Of a stretch of DNA of 64,000 nt, positions 1 through 9,375 are shown piece after piece. Each line of letters opens with the position of its first letter. Position 1 is the first letter of the stretch. The notes beneath the pieces are model-generated. The model made no database searches. It saw only the letters and a list, made by a program, of their open reading frames with translations, and was not told where the DNA came from. The DNA comes from an uncultured Verrucomicrobiae bacterium (lineage in GTDB: Bacteria; Verrucomicrobiota; Verrucomicrobiia; Opitutales; JABDGR01): the NCBI GenBank assembly GCA_963765205.1, contig CAVXVB010000009.1, forward strand, positions 800,001 to 864,000, read 5' to 3'. The translations under genes and the position numbers were made by a program.

Positions 1-1669
1 CCCCGCCGCGGCCTGGGCGGCGTTAAGCCAAATCGCCAGCGCGAGCGCCAGGAATAACGCGATGAATCAGGTCCTCCGCAACATGGTTATGAGTGACGCA
101 CAGGGGACTTTCACGCTCTTGCGTTCATTGCCCGCCGGCAGTGTTGATGCCACAACTTACAAGCAATTTTTTCAGACATGGGCCGAACAAGACCCGGCCT
201 CCGCCTTTGCCGCCCTCAAACAGCTTCCGTCCGGCGACGCCCAGACCCAGGCATTGAACGCCGCGTTTGCCGTTTGGGCCCAATCCGATCCTGTCGCTGC
301 GTTCCAAGCGGCCCAATCCCTTCCACCCAGTTCATCTCGTAATTCTGCCATTCAGCAAAGTTTCGGTGCCTGGGCCTCTCAGGATCCCCAATCGGCGGCC
401 AACTTTCTTCTTTCCCTTCCGAGTGGAGACCCGCTTAAAGGATTGTCTACGGGGCTGGTCGTAGCCTGGGCGAACAGCGATCCCGCAACTGCCTTGGCTT
501 GGGCGGATAAGAATTTATCCGGTAACAATCTTATTGAAGCACGAAACGATGCTTTTGCTCTCTTATGCCAAACTGATTACAATGCCGCCCTGACCTATGC
601 TGCTCAATTACCCCAGGGGGCCACGCACAATGCTTATCTGCAACAGGCCATCAACAAATGGGCCGGCACGGATCCTTCCGGCGCCATTGCCTGGGTCAAC
701 GGCAATTTGCAGGGTGATGACCAAGTGGCCGTACTTGCGGGAGTAGTGGGAACGTTGGCTTCCTCCAATCCTAGTGCCGCTGCCAAGATGATTGTCCAAT
801 TGCCCGAGGGATCGGCACGCAACAGCGCCATGATTAATTTGGCATCACAGTGGGCTACTGTGGATGTAAATGCCGCCAGCCAATGGCTTCTAACTTTGCC
901 AACGGACCTGCCCGATGCAGATCGGCAAGCGGCTTTCCAAGCGGTCTTGAATCCCTGGTTAAAAACGGATCCGGCCGCCGCCGCCGCCTTTGTGCAAAAC
1001 AATGCCAACGATCCGGACTTTGGCCCTTCGGCCGACCGGGTAACAACGGTGTGGGCACAAAGCGACCCTCAAGCCGCAATCGCTTGGGCTGAATCTCTGC
1101 CTGCGGGCACGGTTCAGGATAAATATCTTGTTCAATCAATGCAATTCTGGGCCAATAGTGACCCTATGGGAGCTTTGCAATACGCGCAATCTCTTCCTGA
1201 AAGCGACAACAAAAACGACTTCGTTTCCATGGCACTCCTAGGCTACGCTGTGACAGACCCTATTGGCGCCGCGAACTTGCTTGCCCAACTCCCGACCGAT
1301 ACCATTCAGAAATATAATAATTTGACGAGGAATATTGCAGAAAGCTGGGCAAACCAGGATGTTCCTGCCGCCACCCAATGGGCCGAGAGCCTTCCGGAGG
1401 GGCAGCAACGCGACATGGCGATAGATGGCTTGGTCATGGCTACGCACAGAAATGATCCGGCCAGCGGTTTTCAATTAGCACTGAGCGTCACAGACAACGA
1501 TGAACGTAGCAATTTACTCTCTGCTGTATACGCGCCTTGGTATGCGCAAGACCCCTCGGCAGCGGCAAAAGCGCTCGAAGCGGCCAACGTCCCGCAGGAC
1601 TTGAAAGACCAACTGCAGGTTGGTGCCTCCCAAGCATTGCGGAAAATACAGGGTGTGAAAGGAAAATAA
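1..1669 (+). CDS. Alpha-helical repeat protein with W-AxxDP-xAA repeats, 5' partial (frame open from position 2)
   Basis: Many ~32-aa repeats such as WAEQDPASAF, WAQSDPVAAF, WASQDPQSAA; no stop upstream of ATG 62 in the same frame. Confidence 0.8.
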   Translation, partial: PAAAWAALSQIASASARNNAMNQVLRNMVMSDAQGTFTLLRSLPAGSVDATTYKQFFQTWAEQDPASAFAALKQLPSGDAQTQALNAAFAVWAQSDPVAAFQAAQSLPPSSSRNSAIQQSFGAWASQDPQSAANFLLSLPSGDPLKGLSTGLVVAWANSDPATALAWADKNLSGNNLIEARNDAFALLCQTDYNAALTYAAQLPQGATHNAYLQQAINKWAGTDPSGAIAWVNGNLQGDDQVAVLAGVVGTLASSNPSAAAKMIVQLPEGSARNSAMINLASQWATVDVNAASQWLLTLPTDLPDADRQAAFQAVLNPWLKTDPAAAAAFVQNNANDPDFGPSADRVTTVWAQSDPQAAIAWAESLPAGTVQDKYLVQSMQFWANSDPMGALQYAQSLPESDNKNDFVSMALLGYAVTDPIGAANLLAQLPTDTIQKYNNLTRNIAESWANQDVPAATQWAESLPEGQQRDMAIDGLVMATHRNDPASGFQLALSVTDNDERSNLLSAVYAPWYAQDPSAAAKALEAANVPQDLKDQLQVGASQALRKIQGVKGK

Positions 1670-1765
1670 GCTTGGCCCGGCGCTTAGTTCTTGGTTGCTT
1701 TCCTCCGCTTTTGCCTCTTGAACTAAGCACCAAGAACGAGAACACTAAAACACGCTGCCCTCCTC

Positions 1766-3034
1766 ATGATTGAAACCCCGTCCATCCTGCCCGCCGAGCC
1801 GCTGGCCGAGCTTGACCCGGAGATTTTCTCCGCCATCGAGCAGGAAAAGGCGCGCCAGCAGTCCCACCTCGAGCTGATTGCCTCGGAGAATTTCACCCTG
1901 CCGGCGATCCTCGAAGCCGCGGGGAGCGTGTTGACCAACAAATACGCCGAGGGCTACCCCGGCAAACGCTGGTATGGCGGCTGCCAGTATGTGGACATCG
2001 TCGAGCAACTGGCCATTGACCGGGCCAAGGCGCTCTTCGGCGCGGACCACGCCAATGTCCAGCCGCACTCGGGCAGCCAGGCCAACTTCGCCGTTTACAC
2101 GTCCGTCCTCGAACCGGGCGACAAGCTGCTGACCATGAATTTGAGCGATGGCGGGCACCTGACGCACGGCAACGCGGCCAATTTTTCCGGCAAGCTCTAT
2201 AAAATCGCCCACTACGGCGTGTCGCCGCAGACCGGACGGATTGACTATGACGACCTGGCGCGCCAGGCCGAGCGCGAGCGCCCGAAGATGATCACGGTTG
2301 GCGCATCGGCGTATCCGCGCATCATTGATTTTGCGAAAATGGGTGAAATCGCGCGCAGCGTGAATGCACTGATGTTGGCGGACATCGCGCACATCGCGGG
2401 CCTTGTCGTCACCGGCGAGCACCCCAACCCGTTCCCGCACGCGGATTTTGTCACCACCACGACGCACAAGACGCTGCGCGGACCGCGCGGGGGTTTGATT
2501 TTGTGCAAGGAAGCGTTCGCCAAGAAAATTGACTCGGCGGTGTTCCCCGGCGGCCAGGGCGGGCCGTTGATGCACATCATCGCGGCCAAGGCGGTTTGCT
2601 TCCGCGAAGCGGCGAAGCCGGAGTTCCATGACTATGCCATCCAGGTGCGGCGCAACGCGGCGGCGCTGGCCGAGTGGTTTGTCGAGCATGGTTACAAACT
2701 TTCCTCCGGGGGCACCGATAACCACCTGCTGCTGATTGACCTGCGCCACAGCCACCCGGAGTTGACCGGCAAGCAAGCCCAGCAGGCGCTGGATGAGGCC
2801 AATATTACTACGAACAAGAACACGATTCCCGGGGAGACCCGCAGCCCCTTCCAAGCCAGTGGGCTGCGCTTGGGCAGCCCGGCGGTGACGAGCCGCGGGA
2901 TGCGCGAGGCGGAAATGGCGCAAATCGCCGAGGCGATTGACACCGTGCTCGGTGGCCCCACTGACCCCGCCCGTATCGCCAAGGCCAAGGCCATCGCGAT
3001 TGAGCTTTGCGGGAGGCACCCTTTGCCCTATTGA
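1766..3034 (+). CDS. glyA: Serine hydroxymethyltransferase
   Basis: [35 protein letters not shown]-lysine motif [14 protein letters not shown]. Confidence 0.98.
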   Translation: MIETPSILPAEPLAELDPEIFSAIEQEKARQQSHLELIASENFTLPAILEAAGSVLTNKYAEGYPGKRWYGGCQYVDIVEQLAIDRAKALFGADHANVQPHSGSQANFAVYTSVLEPGDKLLTMNLSDGGHLTHGNAANFSGKLYKIAHYGVSPQTGRIDYDDLARQAERERPKMITVGASAYPRIIDFAKMGEIARSVNALMLADIAHIAGLVVTGEHPNPFPHADFVTTTTHKTLRGPRGGLILCKEAFAKKIDSAVFPGGQGGPLMHIIAAKAVCFREAAKPEFHDYAIQVRRNAAALAEWFVEHGYKLSSGGTDNHLLLIDLRHSHPELTGKQAQQALDEANITTNKNTIPGETRSPFQASGLRLGSPAVTSRGMREAEMAQIAEAIDTVLGGPTDPARIAKAKAIAIELCGRHPLPY

Positions 3035-3079
3035 GCGACAGAGCCGACTGCTTCGGCAACTTATTCCGAGCCGCCTCCG

Positions 3080-3100
3080 GGGTGGGTTAGCGACCCACCC
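3080..3100. repeat. Short hairpin downstream of glyA (REP-like or terminator-like)
   Basis: GGGTGGGT-tagcg-ACCCACCC inverted repeat. Confidence 0.5.
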
Positions 3101-3226
3101 TATAAATGTCCTAAAGAATTCTCTTTAATTTCTAAATCCAAAGGTATAAGTTACCGATAACCATTCCTGCCGCCCACTCCGGGCGGAACCCCCCCCGGCC
3201 CCAACCGACCCAACCCCTCTTTCCCC

Positions 3227-3977
3227 ATGACCATCCGCCAATCCACCTCCCGCAAGGGCTTCACCCTCATCGAACTCCTGACGGTGATCACGATCATCGG
3301 CATTCTGGCCGCGATTCTGATCCCGACTATCGGCAACGTTATTGACGTGGCCCACCGCTCCGCCGCGTCTGCCAATGCGCGCACCATCGCGCAAACTTAT
3401 GTGTCCTTTTCCACCGGGGGCAGCGTGCCGCGCACCATCTCGACCCCGGGCATGGCCACCGGCACGGCGGTCAATGGCATTGCCAACAACATTGAGGAAC
3501 GTCGCCTTCATTCTCTCCAAGTTTAATCAGTTGAACGACGCCTCGATGTGGTATATCCGCACGGACGACAACCTGGTCGGCCAGCAGATTCCCCACTCCG
3601 TCATCGTCGGCGACCCGAACCAGGCCACGGCGGTGGCGCCGGACTTTGCCAAGGTCTCGCCCAAGGCGTGGGCCTTTGTGACGGGCATTTCCCCGAGCGC
3701 GCCCTCCAGCTCAACCCCGCTGCTGTGGACGTATGGTTTGCAGCATGACGGTACCTGGCTGGCGGCCACCCCCTGGAAAGGCCGCGGCGGCCACATTGCC
3801 TTCCTCGACGGCCACGTGGACTGGGTGGAGAAACTCTCGAATGATCCGGGCGGCGAGAACTTCACCATCTACCAGACGAACCAAGGCAACGGCAATCCGA
3901 CCCTCGATTGGGCCTTGGCCATTAATTCCAGTGGTACCCATCCGGCGGTGGTGGTCAATACCGGCCTCACCCACTAA
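3227..3977 (+). CDS. Prepilin-type N-terminal cleavage/methylation protein with C-terminal H-X9-DG-like motif; split by an apparent +1 frameshift near 3497-3500
   Basis: KGFTLIELLTVITIIGILAAILIP in ORF 3227-3526; GGHIAFLDGHV in overlapping ORF 3342-3977; removing one A in gaggaacgtc joins them (NNIEDVAFILS). Confidence 0.85.
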
Positions 3978-3998
3978 GCCTCTGCTTTCATTTTAGTC

Positions 3999-4031
3999 AA
4001 AACCCGGCTGCTTCCACAGCCGGGTTTTTTT
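3999..4031. terminator. Probable bidirectional rho-independent terminator
   Basis: AAAACCCGGCTG-cttcca-CAGCCGGGTTTTTTT between convergent genes. Confidence 0.85.
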
Positions 4032-4069
4032 GTGGGGTGCCGGCCGATGGGCCGGCAAGATCGCTGATT

Positions 4070-5515
4070 TCACGCCAGCTCTTTGTAAAGTTGCGCGTAG
4101 GCGGGGGCCAGTTTGCGCCAGCTTGAATCCACGCTAAGCGCGCGTACGCGGATGGCGGCGCAGAATTCCACCTCGCGGTGCAAAGTCTGGGCGCGACGCA
4201 AACCCTCGCGCCAGCCGTCACGGGTCGGCTCGAAGAGCAGGCCGTTGCCTGCGGCGGGATGTTCGATCGCGTCTACGACAACGTCGGTCGGGCCGCCGGT
4301 GCGGGGCAGCACGGGGATGGCGCCATAACGCAGTGCGCGTTGGGCGTGATAGGGGCTGGGTTCGAGGCGCGCGGTGCCAAAATAAAAATCCGCGCCGCCC
4401 AGCATGCGATGCCGCACGCCAAGCTCATAATTTTCGAGCAGCACAATACGGCCGGGCCGCGCGCCGGCCAGCGCGCGCCAGGGTTCCATGTCGCCGGGCG
4501 CCGCCGCGCGTCCAAGTAGCACCAGCACGCTGTCCTCGCGCAGTTCCGCCAGCAATTCGCGCGGGTCGCCTAGGTTGAACGCGGCCATCAACGGGAGTTC
4601 GGCGACCAGCAGCGCGCCGGCGCGTGTGTTGGAATAAAGGTTGAGCGCCTGGCGCAGCGACTCGCGGCACTGGACGCGGCCGGCCGGCGCGCCGGCGGAA
4701 AAATTGGCGGCCAGCAACGGGTCGGTAGCCGGGTTCCATTCCGTGTCGTCGAGGCCCGTGAGCAGGCCACGAAGGTCACTGCGGCGCCGGGAGAGAACCC
4801 CTTCGAGGCCAAAGCCATAACCGGGGCCGGGAATTTCCCGCGCCGCGGCGGGGCTGGGCGCGAGCAGGACTTCGGAGTAAACGAGGCCGCCCTTGAGGAA
4901 ATTGACCTGGCCGAAAAACTCGAGCGAGTCGGGCGCAAAAAATTCCTCGGGCAGGTTGGTGAGGGAGAACACGCGGCGCGGGTAAATCCCCTGGAAGGCG
5001 GGATGGTGCAGGGTGAACACCGTGCGGGCCGCGGCACTAACGCCGCGCTTCCGTTCTTCGACGCGCAGCAGCAAGGGTAACAGCGCCGTGGGCCAATCGT
5101 GGCAATGGACGATGTCCACGGGTTGTTCGAAACGGCACAACGCGTCGGCGGCGGCTTTGCAAAAAATCAGGAAGCGCGCATAACTGTCTTCATATTCGCC
5201 ACCGGGCGGGCCGTAAGGAAAAGAGCGGTCGAAGGATTCGTCGCGGCGGACCAGGTAGAGCGTGAGGTTTTTGGCAATGGACAGGCGCAACGTCTGCGCG
5301 CTGACACGGGCGTCGCCCAGTTCCAGCGCGTGTTCGTAGACTAACTCCGCGGCCGCAGCACGGGGGTCGGCCAGCACCTGGCGATAGCCAGGGAGGAAAA
5401 CCGACACCTCGTGGCCTGAGCGCGCCAATTCCGCACACAGGCCGCCGACCACATCAGCCAAATGGCCCACGCGCACCCAAGGGGTGAACTCGCTGGCGAC
5501 ATGTACAATTTTCAT
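4070..5515 (-). CDS. glgA: Glycogen/starch synthase family (GT5) glycosyltransferase, divergent
   Basis: MKIVHVASEFTPW, DIVHCHDWPTAL, VFTLHHPAFQG, NFLKGGL, WNPATDP; the KxGG motif reads RVGH. Confidence 0.8.
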   Translation of the reverse strand: MKIVHVASEFTPWVRVGHLADVVGGLCAELARSGHEVSVFLPGYRQVLADPRAAAAELVYEHALELGDARVSAQTLRLSIAKNLTLYLVRRDESFDRSFPYGPPGGEYEDSYARFLIFCKAAADALCRFEQPVDIVHCHDWPTALLPLLLRVEERKRGVSAAARTVFTLHHPAFQGIYPRRVFSLTNLPEEFFAPDSLEFFGQVNFLKGGLVYSEVLLAPSPAAAREIPGPGYGFGLEGVLSRRRSDLRGLLTGLDDTEWNPATDPLLAANFSAGAPAGRVQCRESLRQALNLYSNTRAGALLVAELPLMAAFNLGDPRELLAELREDSVLVLLGRAAAPGDMEPWRALAGARPGRIVLLENYELGVRHRMLGGADFYFGTARLEPSPYHAQRALRYGAIPVLPRTGGPTDVVVDAIEHPAAGNGLLFEPTRDGWREGLRRAQTLHREVEFCAAIRVRALSVDSSWRKLAPAYAQLYKELA

Positions 5516-5718
5516 GCAGGCCCCGTTTTTACTGCATCCTTGGCTGCGCCGCAAACCTCGAATCTATTCATCAATGGCGACGGGCAATATTTATCCTGCG
5601 TTCAGGTGGGAAGACGCGTCAATCCACGTTCGCAGGGTACAGCTATGTTCCCTATCCAAGTTGCTTCGTTAGTTGGCAACTTTGGTATTTCATGTAAATT
5701 AACTCATTGTTTTGCAGC

Positions 5719-5746
5719 GAGTTAATGGCGGAGAGGGATTCGAACC
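5719..5746. repeat. Distal att site of element B: displaced, 4-nt-deleted tRNA-Ser 3' fragment
   Basis: GAGTTAATGGCGGAGAGGGATTCGAACC is identical to 24946-24973; TGGCGGAGAG----GGATTCGAACC matches tRNA 31161-31185. Confidence 0.9.
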
Positions 5747-5863
5747 GCCACCGGGCCAACAACAGAAACGCTTCGCTGCGCGTGGTTTATGTTGTGGATG
5801 AGTGAGTTAGAACAGGAAAGATAATGCAGAAAATTTCATGGAAGTGAAGCGAAAAACACCTCT

Positions 5864-5885
5864 ACTGGCAAATTTGTGGCAAATT
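5864..5885. repeat. Putative integrase arm-type sites of element B (tandem TGGCAAAT)
   Basis: ACTGGCAAATTTGTGGCAAATT; ACTGGCAAATTTGT vs ACTGGCAAATCTGT at 24901-24914 (13/14 match). Confidence 0.6.
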
Positions 5886-6124
5886 TTTCGGGCACATACG
5901 TGCCGTGGCGCAAGAATGGGGTGTTTCGACACATTTGGTGTGGCTAACTTTACCATGCCATCAGCAGTAGCAGAGATTTTCTTCCCAGTCAAGAATGACA
6001 CTAGAGGTGTAGAAGAGTTGCCAATAGTCTAGGCTCACGCTTGGCGCAAAAATTATGTCTGCTCTATTCACTCGCATCTTGTCTCAAGTAATTTCACGCG
6101 AGTCGCGGCTGGTGGCTCATGCGG

Positions 6125-6403
6125 TCAGCGTGGAAGTTCAATAGGATTGAAATTTTTGACGACGATATTCGGTTCATTCTTGAAAATCGCGCGATCGGAC
6201 GCTTCGAACAGAATGGCATCAAGAAACCCGTTGAGCAGATCGGCGAGGGCAAAATAGGTCAATTCATATTCAGGGGCATAACAAACGACTTCACAGTCAA
6301 CCTGCCCCGCCAACAGTCTGTCTGAAGACAAAACTCCCAGTCGTCGGAGGCGTACACTCCCGGGATCGTCGCACTTCGTTGCAATGTAAAGATAATGGCT
6401 CAT
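6125..6403 (-). CDS. Hypothetical protein (~92 aa)
   Basis: ATG at 6403, protein-like composition (MSHYLYIATKCDDP...); divergent from 6508 with a palindromic motif between them. Confidence 0.45.
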   Translation of the reverse strand: MSHYLYIATKCDDPGSVRLRRLGVLSSDRLLAGQVDCEVVCYAPEYELTYFALADLLNGFLDAILFEASDRAIFKNEPNIVVKNFNPIELPR

Positions 6404-6507
6404 GGCGCGCCTATAATTATAGTCCAGAGACAAATGTCCGTCCTAAGGTAAGCAGGCATTTAATGAAACTTAGTACTTAGACATGTAATGTAGGGAGAAA
6501 TGAAGGC

Positions 6508-6843
6508 ATGCATGCCAGTTCTGCCAACCCCTTCCCGATGCACCAACCTTGTCAAGCAACTCAAACCTTGCACGCAGATGCTTTTTCTACATCGGCTGCC
6601 ATCCTGCGGGAAAATTGTCTGCGAGTCCTAGCTTCGATTAATGCGGCCCCAGCACAGCTCGAAGCGAAAATACTCGCGCGTGCCGCACTGCTGGACTTAA
6701 AGCGCTGGGATCCTGCCGTCGAGCGTGTCATCCGGGGTAGTGATGCAGTTGGAGACTGGGTGAAGTTTAGGCAAGCTGTCGAGAGTGACCGGCCGGATAA
6801 TGGCCCTGAATGTGTGCGCATTCTACCGATCAGATGCTCTTAG
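6508..6843 (+). CDS. Hypothetical protein (111 aa)
   Basis: ORF with purine-rich upstream sequence, co-oriented with the MFS gene. Confidence 0.45.
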   Translation: MHASSANPFPMHQPCQATQTLHADAFSTSAAILRENCLRVLASINAAPAQLEAKILARAALLDLKRWDPAVERVIRGSDAVGDWVKFRQAVESDRPDNGPECVRILPIRCS

Positions 6844-6924
6844 GCTCGCGTTCTATTCAAGAGGGCATTGAAAGCCGGACATTTGTCTAACATCTAATAG
6901 TGGTCAGGCAACCTTCAATCTCTT

Positions 6925-8301
6925 ATGAAAACAACTCCAGCATATTTAACCGAATCCCAGGCGGGTTTGAACCTGCCGCAACGTCTTGAACGACTGCCAT
7001 TTACAAGCTTCCAGCGAAAAATCTTTTTGATCATCGCAACCGCATGGTTGTTCGACTCGATGGACTTGGCAATGATGACCTTCCTTCTGGCACCCATCAG
7101 CCAGACTTTCCATCTCACGGGATCACAAACCGGTGTGCTGGGCAGTTCGAGCCTAGCCGGGATGGCCATTGGTGCGGCGCTTGCGGGAATGCTCGCAGAC
7201 CGTTTCGGACGCAAGTCTGTGTTCCAAGTAAGCATGATTGTGTGGGGAGCGGCGGCGTGCTTCTGCGCGGGATCCTGGAACTACGAGTCACTTCTGGTTG
7301 GCCGATTTTTTCTCGGTTTGGGGATGGGCGCGGAGTTTCCAGTGGCGCAATCGATGCTTTCGGAACTGATACCAGCGGCATCTCGCGGCCGATACATTGC
7401 ATTGCTGGAAGGCTTCTGGCCGCTGGGCTTCATTCTTGCCGGCTGCGTGGCATTGATAGTCCTGCCGCTGGCCGGCTGGCGTGGGGTCTTCTTGGCCACG
7501 GGCATCCCCGCGATTTATGTCCTGGTCATCCGGAGGCGGCTGCCGGAGTCGCCGCGCTGGTATGAAGCACAAGGCGATCTCGTCCGTGCTGAACAAACGA
7601 TGTGCCAAATTGAATCCAACGTGTGTGACGCCTACGGACAGGCGCTGCCCGAACCAAAATCGGATGGCGTCGCCGATGAAATTGGCGACAAACGCTACTC
7701 ATGGCGCGAACTGTTGTCTGCGGCATATCGGCACCGCACATTCATGGTCTGGACTCTTTGGTTCTTTGCCTTGCTCGGTTACTATGGCATTACGACCTGG
7801 ATGGGCAAGCTGCTGGTAGACAACGGATTCGCAGTTACAAAGTCGATTGAATGGATTCTGTTAATGACCCTCTGGGGCGTGCCTGGTTTCATCTCGGCTG
7901 CATTTTTGATCGAAAAGCTCGGACGCAAGGTGACCGTCAGCGGATATATGCTCCTCAGCGCTGCCTCAGCGTATTTTTACGGGCATGCGGCGTCATTCAC
8001 CGGGCTTATCATCACGGGCGCATTTATGCAGTTTTTCTTCTTCGGCATGTGGTCGGTGCTGTATGCCTATACCCCGGAGCTGTTTCCCACAAGGGCACGC
8101 GCCACCGGGTGTGGAACCGCGTCGACCTTTGGCCGGATCGGAGCCCTCATCGGCCCGATGCTGGTGCCTGTCATTCTGGAACATTCGAACACGAGCGCCG
8201 TATTTACATTTGGCGCGGGGTCTTTTGTGATTGCAGCGCTTGCGGTACTGAATTTTGGTATTGAAACGCGAGGTAAAATCCTTGAAGAAATAAATCGCTA
8301 A
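6925..8301 (+). CDS. MFS transporter (sugar porter/aromatic acid-like)
   Basis: Motif A GMLADRFGRK, GRFFLGLGMGAE, PESPRW, ELFPTRARATG, ETRG; about 12 hydrophobic segments. Confidence 0.95.
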   Translation: MKTTPAYLTESQAGLNLPQRLERLPFTSFQRKIFLIIATAWLFDSMDLAMMTFLLAPISQTFHLTGSQTGVLGSSSLAGMAIGAALAGMLADRFGRKSVFQVSMIVWGAAACFCAGSWNYESLLVGRFFLGLGMGAEFPVAQSMLSELIPAASRGRYIALLEGFWPLGFILAGCVALIVLPLAGWRGVFLATGIPAIYVLVIRRRLPESPRWYEAQGDLVRAEQTMCQIESNVCDAYGQALPEPKSDGVADEIGDKRYSWRELLSAAYRHRTFMVWTLWFFALLGYYGITTWMGKLLVDNGFAVTKSIEWILLMTLWGVPGFISAAFLIEKLGRKVTVSGYMLLSAASAYFYGHAASFTGLIITGAFMQFFFFGMWSVLYAYTPELFPTRARATGCGTASTFGRIGALIGPMLVPVILEHSNTSAVFTFGAGSFVIAALAVLNFGIETRGKILEEINR

Positions 8302-8314
8302 CATATAAATCCTT

Positions 8315-8527
8315 ATGCCCTCGCGTTCCTTATTTCTGAAGCCAACGAAAAGCCAGCTTGGGAACAATCGCTATTGCCCCATGGCGTTGTTTGAGGCTGG
8401 CGCCGAGGCTGCCTGTCGCTTTGCCAAGGAACAGCTGCGCCCGCTGTTTCAAAGTTTGGGCTTTGAGCCCGATTTCGGCTTTCCTGACAATCAAGGAAGC
8501 CTGTACTCCTCCCGGAGCAATCCATAA
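8315..8527 (+). CDS. Small hypothetical protein (70 aa)
   Basis: Fills the gap between the MFS stop (8301) and the methyltransferase start (8544) on the same strand. Confidence 0.35.
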   Translation: MPSRSLFLKPTKSQLGNNRYCPMALFEAGAEAACRFAKEQLRPLFQSLGFEPDFGFPDNQGSLYSSRSNP

Positions 8528-8543
8528 AATTCGTAAGGGGAGC

Positions 8544-9371
8544 ATGGCGCCGCCCTACCTGCAAAAACAAGTTGAGGATCGGCTTCAAGCCGTGTTCCTG
8601 CGCGCTGCCACCTCAGGGGAAAAACTCAACGTCGGATTGCACGGGCGCGCGCAGAAGATATGTGAACAAATCCGGCACCCCATCGCGAGTTACTTTGCCG
8701 ACCGCGAACTTCGTCAGATTTCCGTTTTAGATCTTGGCTGCGGCGACGGCGGTGTTTCGTTGGAACTGGAAAGGGCGGCTGCAAATGCCAATTTGCCGAT
8801 GAAGTTCACTTTGGCTGACACCCACAAATACCTGCGGCCAGAAGTCGAGAAATCCAAGGGAACGTTCGACTTTAACCTGCTCGACGAATCGTACAAAAGC
8901 CTGCGCTCAATACCTGGAGGGCCATTCGACTGTATTCTCATCTTAACCGTATTACACCACGCCAACGACCCGGTGGGTGTGTTCAAAGCGGCGGCGGAGC
9001 AACTCCGCGAGGGCGGCCTGATCGTCGTGATTGAATCGTGTGTGGGCGTGAGCCTGAACTTTATAAATAATCATCCATCGGTTCTTGGTGGAAATATACT
9101 CGACACGCCGCAGCGGCAAGCTGCCGAAGGATACGCCAATCTGACGCCCGATAATCAGGTGCGCTATGGCTGCTTTATGGACTGGTTCTATAATCGCATC
9201 CTGCATGACGGGGTGAAGGTGCCCTGCGAGTTCGGTTCGCCCGAAAAATGGAATCAGCAAGTGTTTCAACGTAGTGGGATGCGAATAATCTCCACTTTCT
9301 GCGAGGGTTTTGACCAGGTGACCGTGCCCGAGTTCCATACTTTGCACGTAATCTCGCGCTCTCGTTCATAG
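8544..9371 (+). CDS. Class I SAM-dependent methyltransferase
   Basis: VLDLGCGDG motif I, FDCILILTVLHH, GGLIVVIE; ATG 8544 preceded by AAGGGGAG. Confidence 0.9.
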   Translation: MAPPYLQKQVEDRLQAVFLRAATSGEKLNVGLHGRAQKICEQIRHPIASYFADRELRQISVLDLGCGDGGVSLELERAAANANLPMKFTLADTHKYLRPEVEKSKGTFDFNLLDESYKSLRSIPGGPFDCILILTVLHHANDPVGVFKAAAEQLREGGLIVVIESCVGVSLNFINNHPSVLGGNILDTPQRQAAEGYANLTPDNQVRYGCFMDWFYNRILHDGVKVPCEFGSPEKWNQQVFQRSGMRIISTFCEGFDQVTVPEFHTLHVISRSRS

Positions 9372-9375
9372 TGTC

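Noticed and set aside
1..1669. Repeat protein as a novel system component
   Set aside because: Truncated by the window edge, outside the island, and this repeat type is to my knowledge common in Verrucomicrobiota
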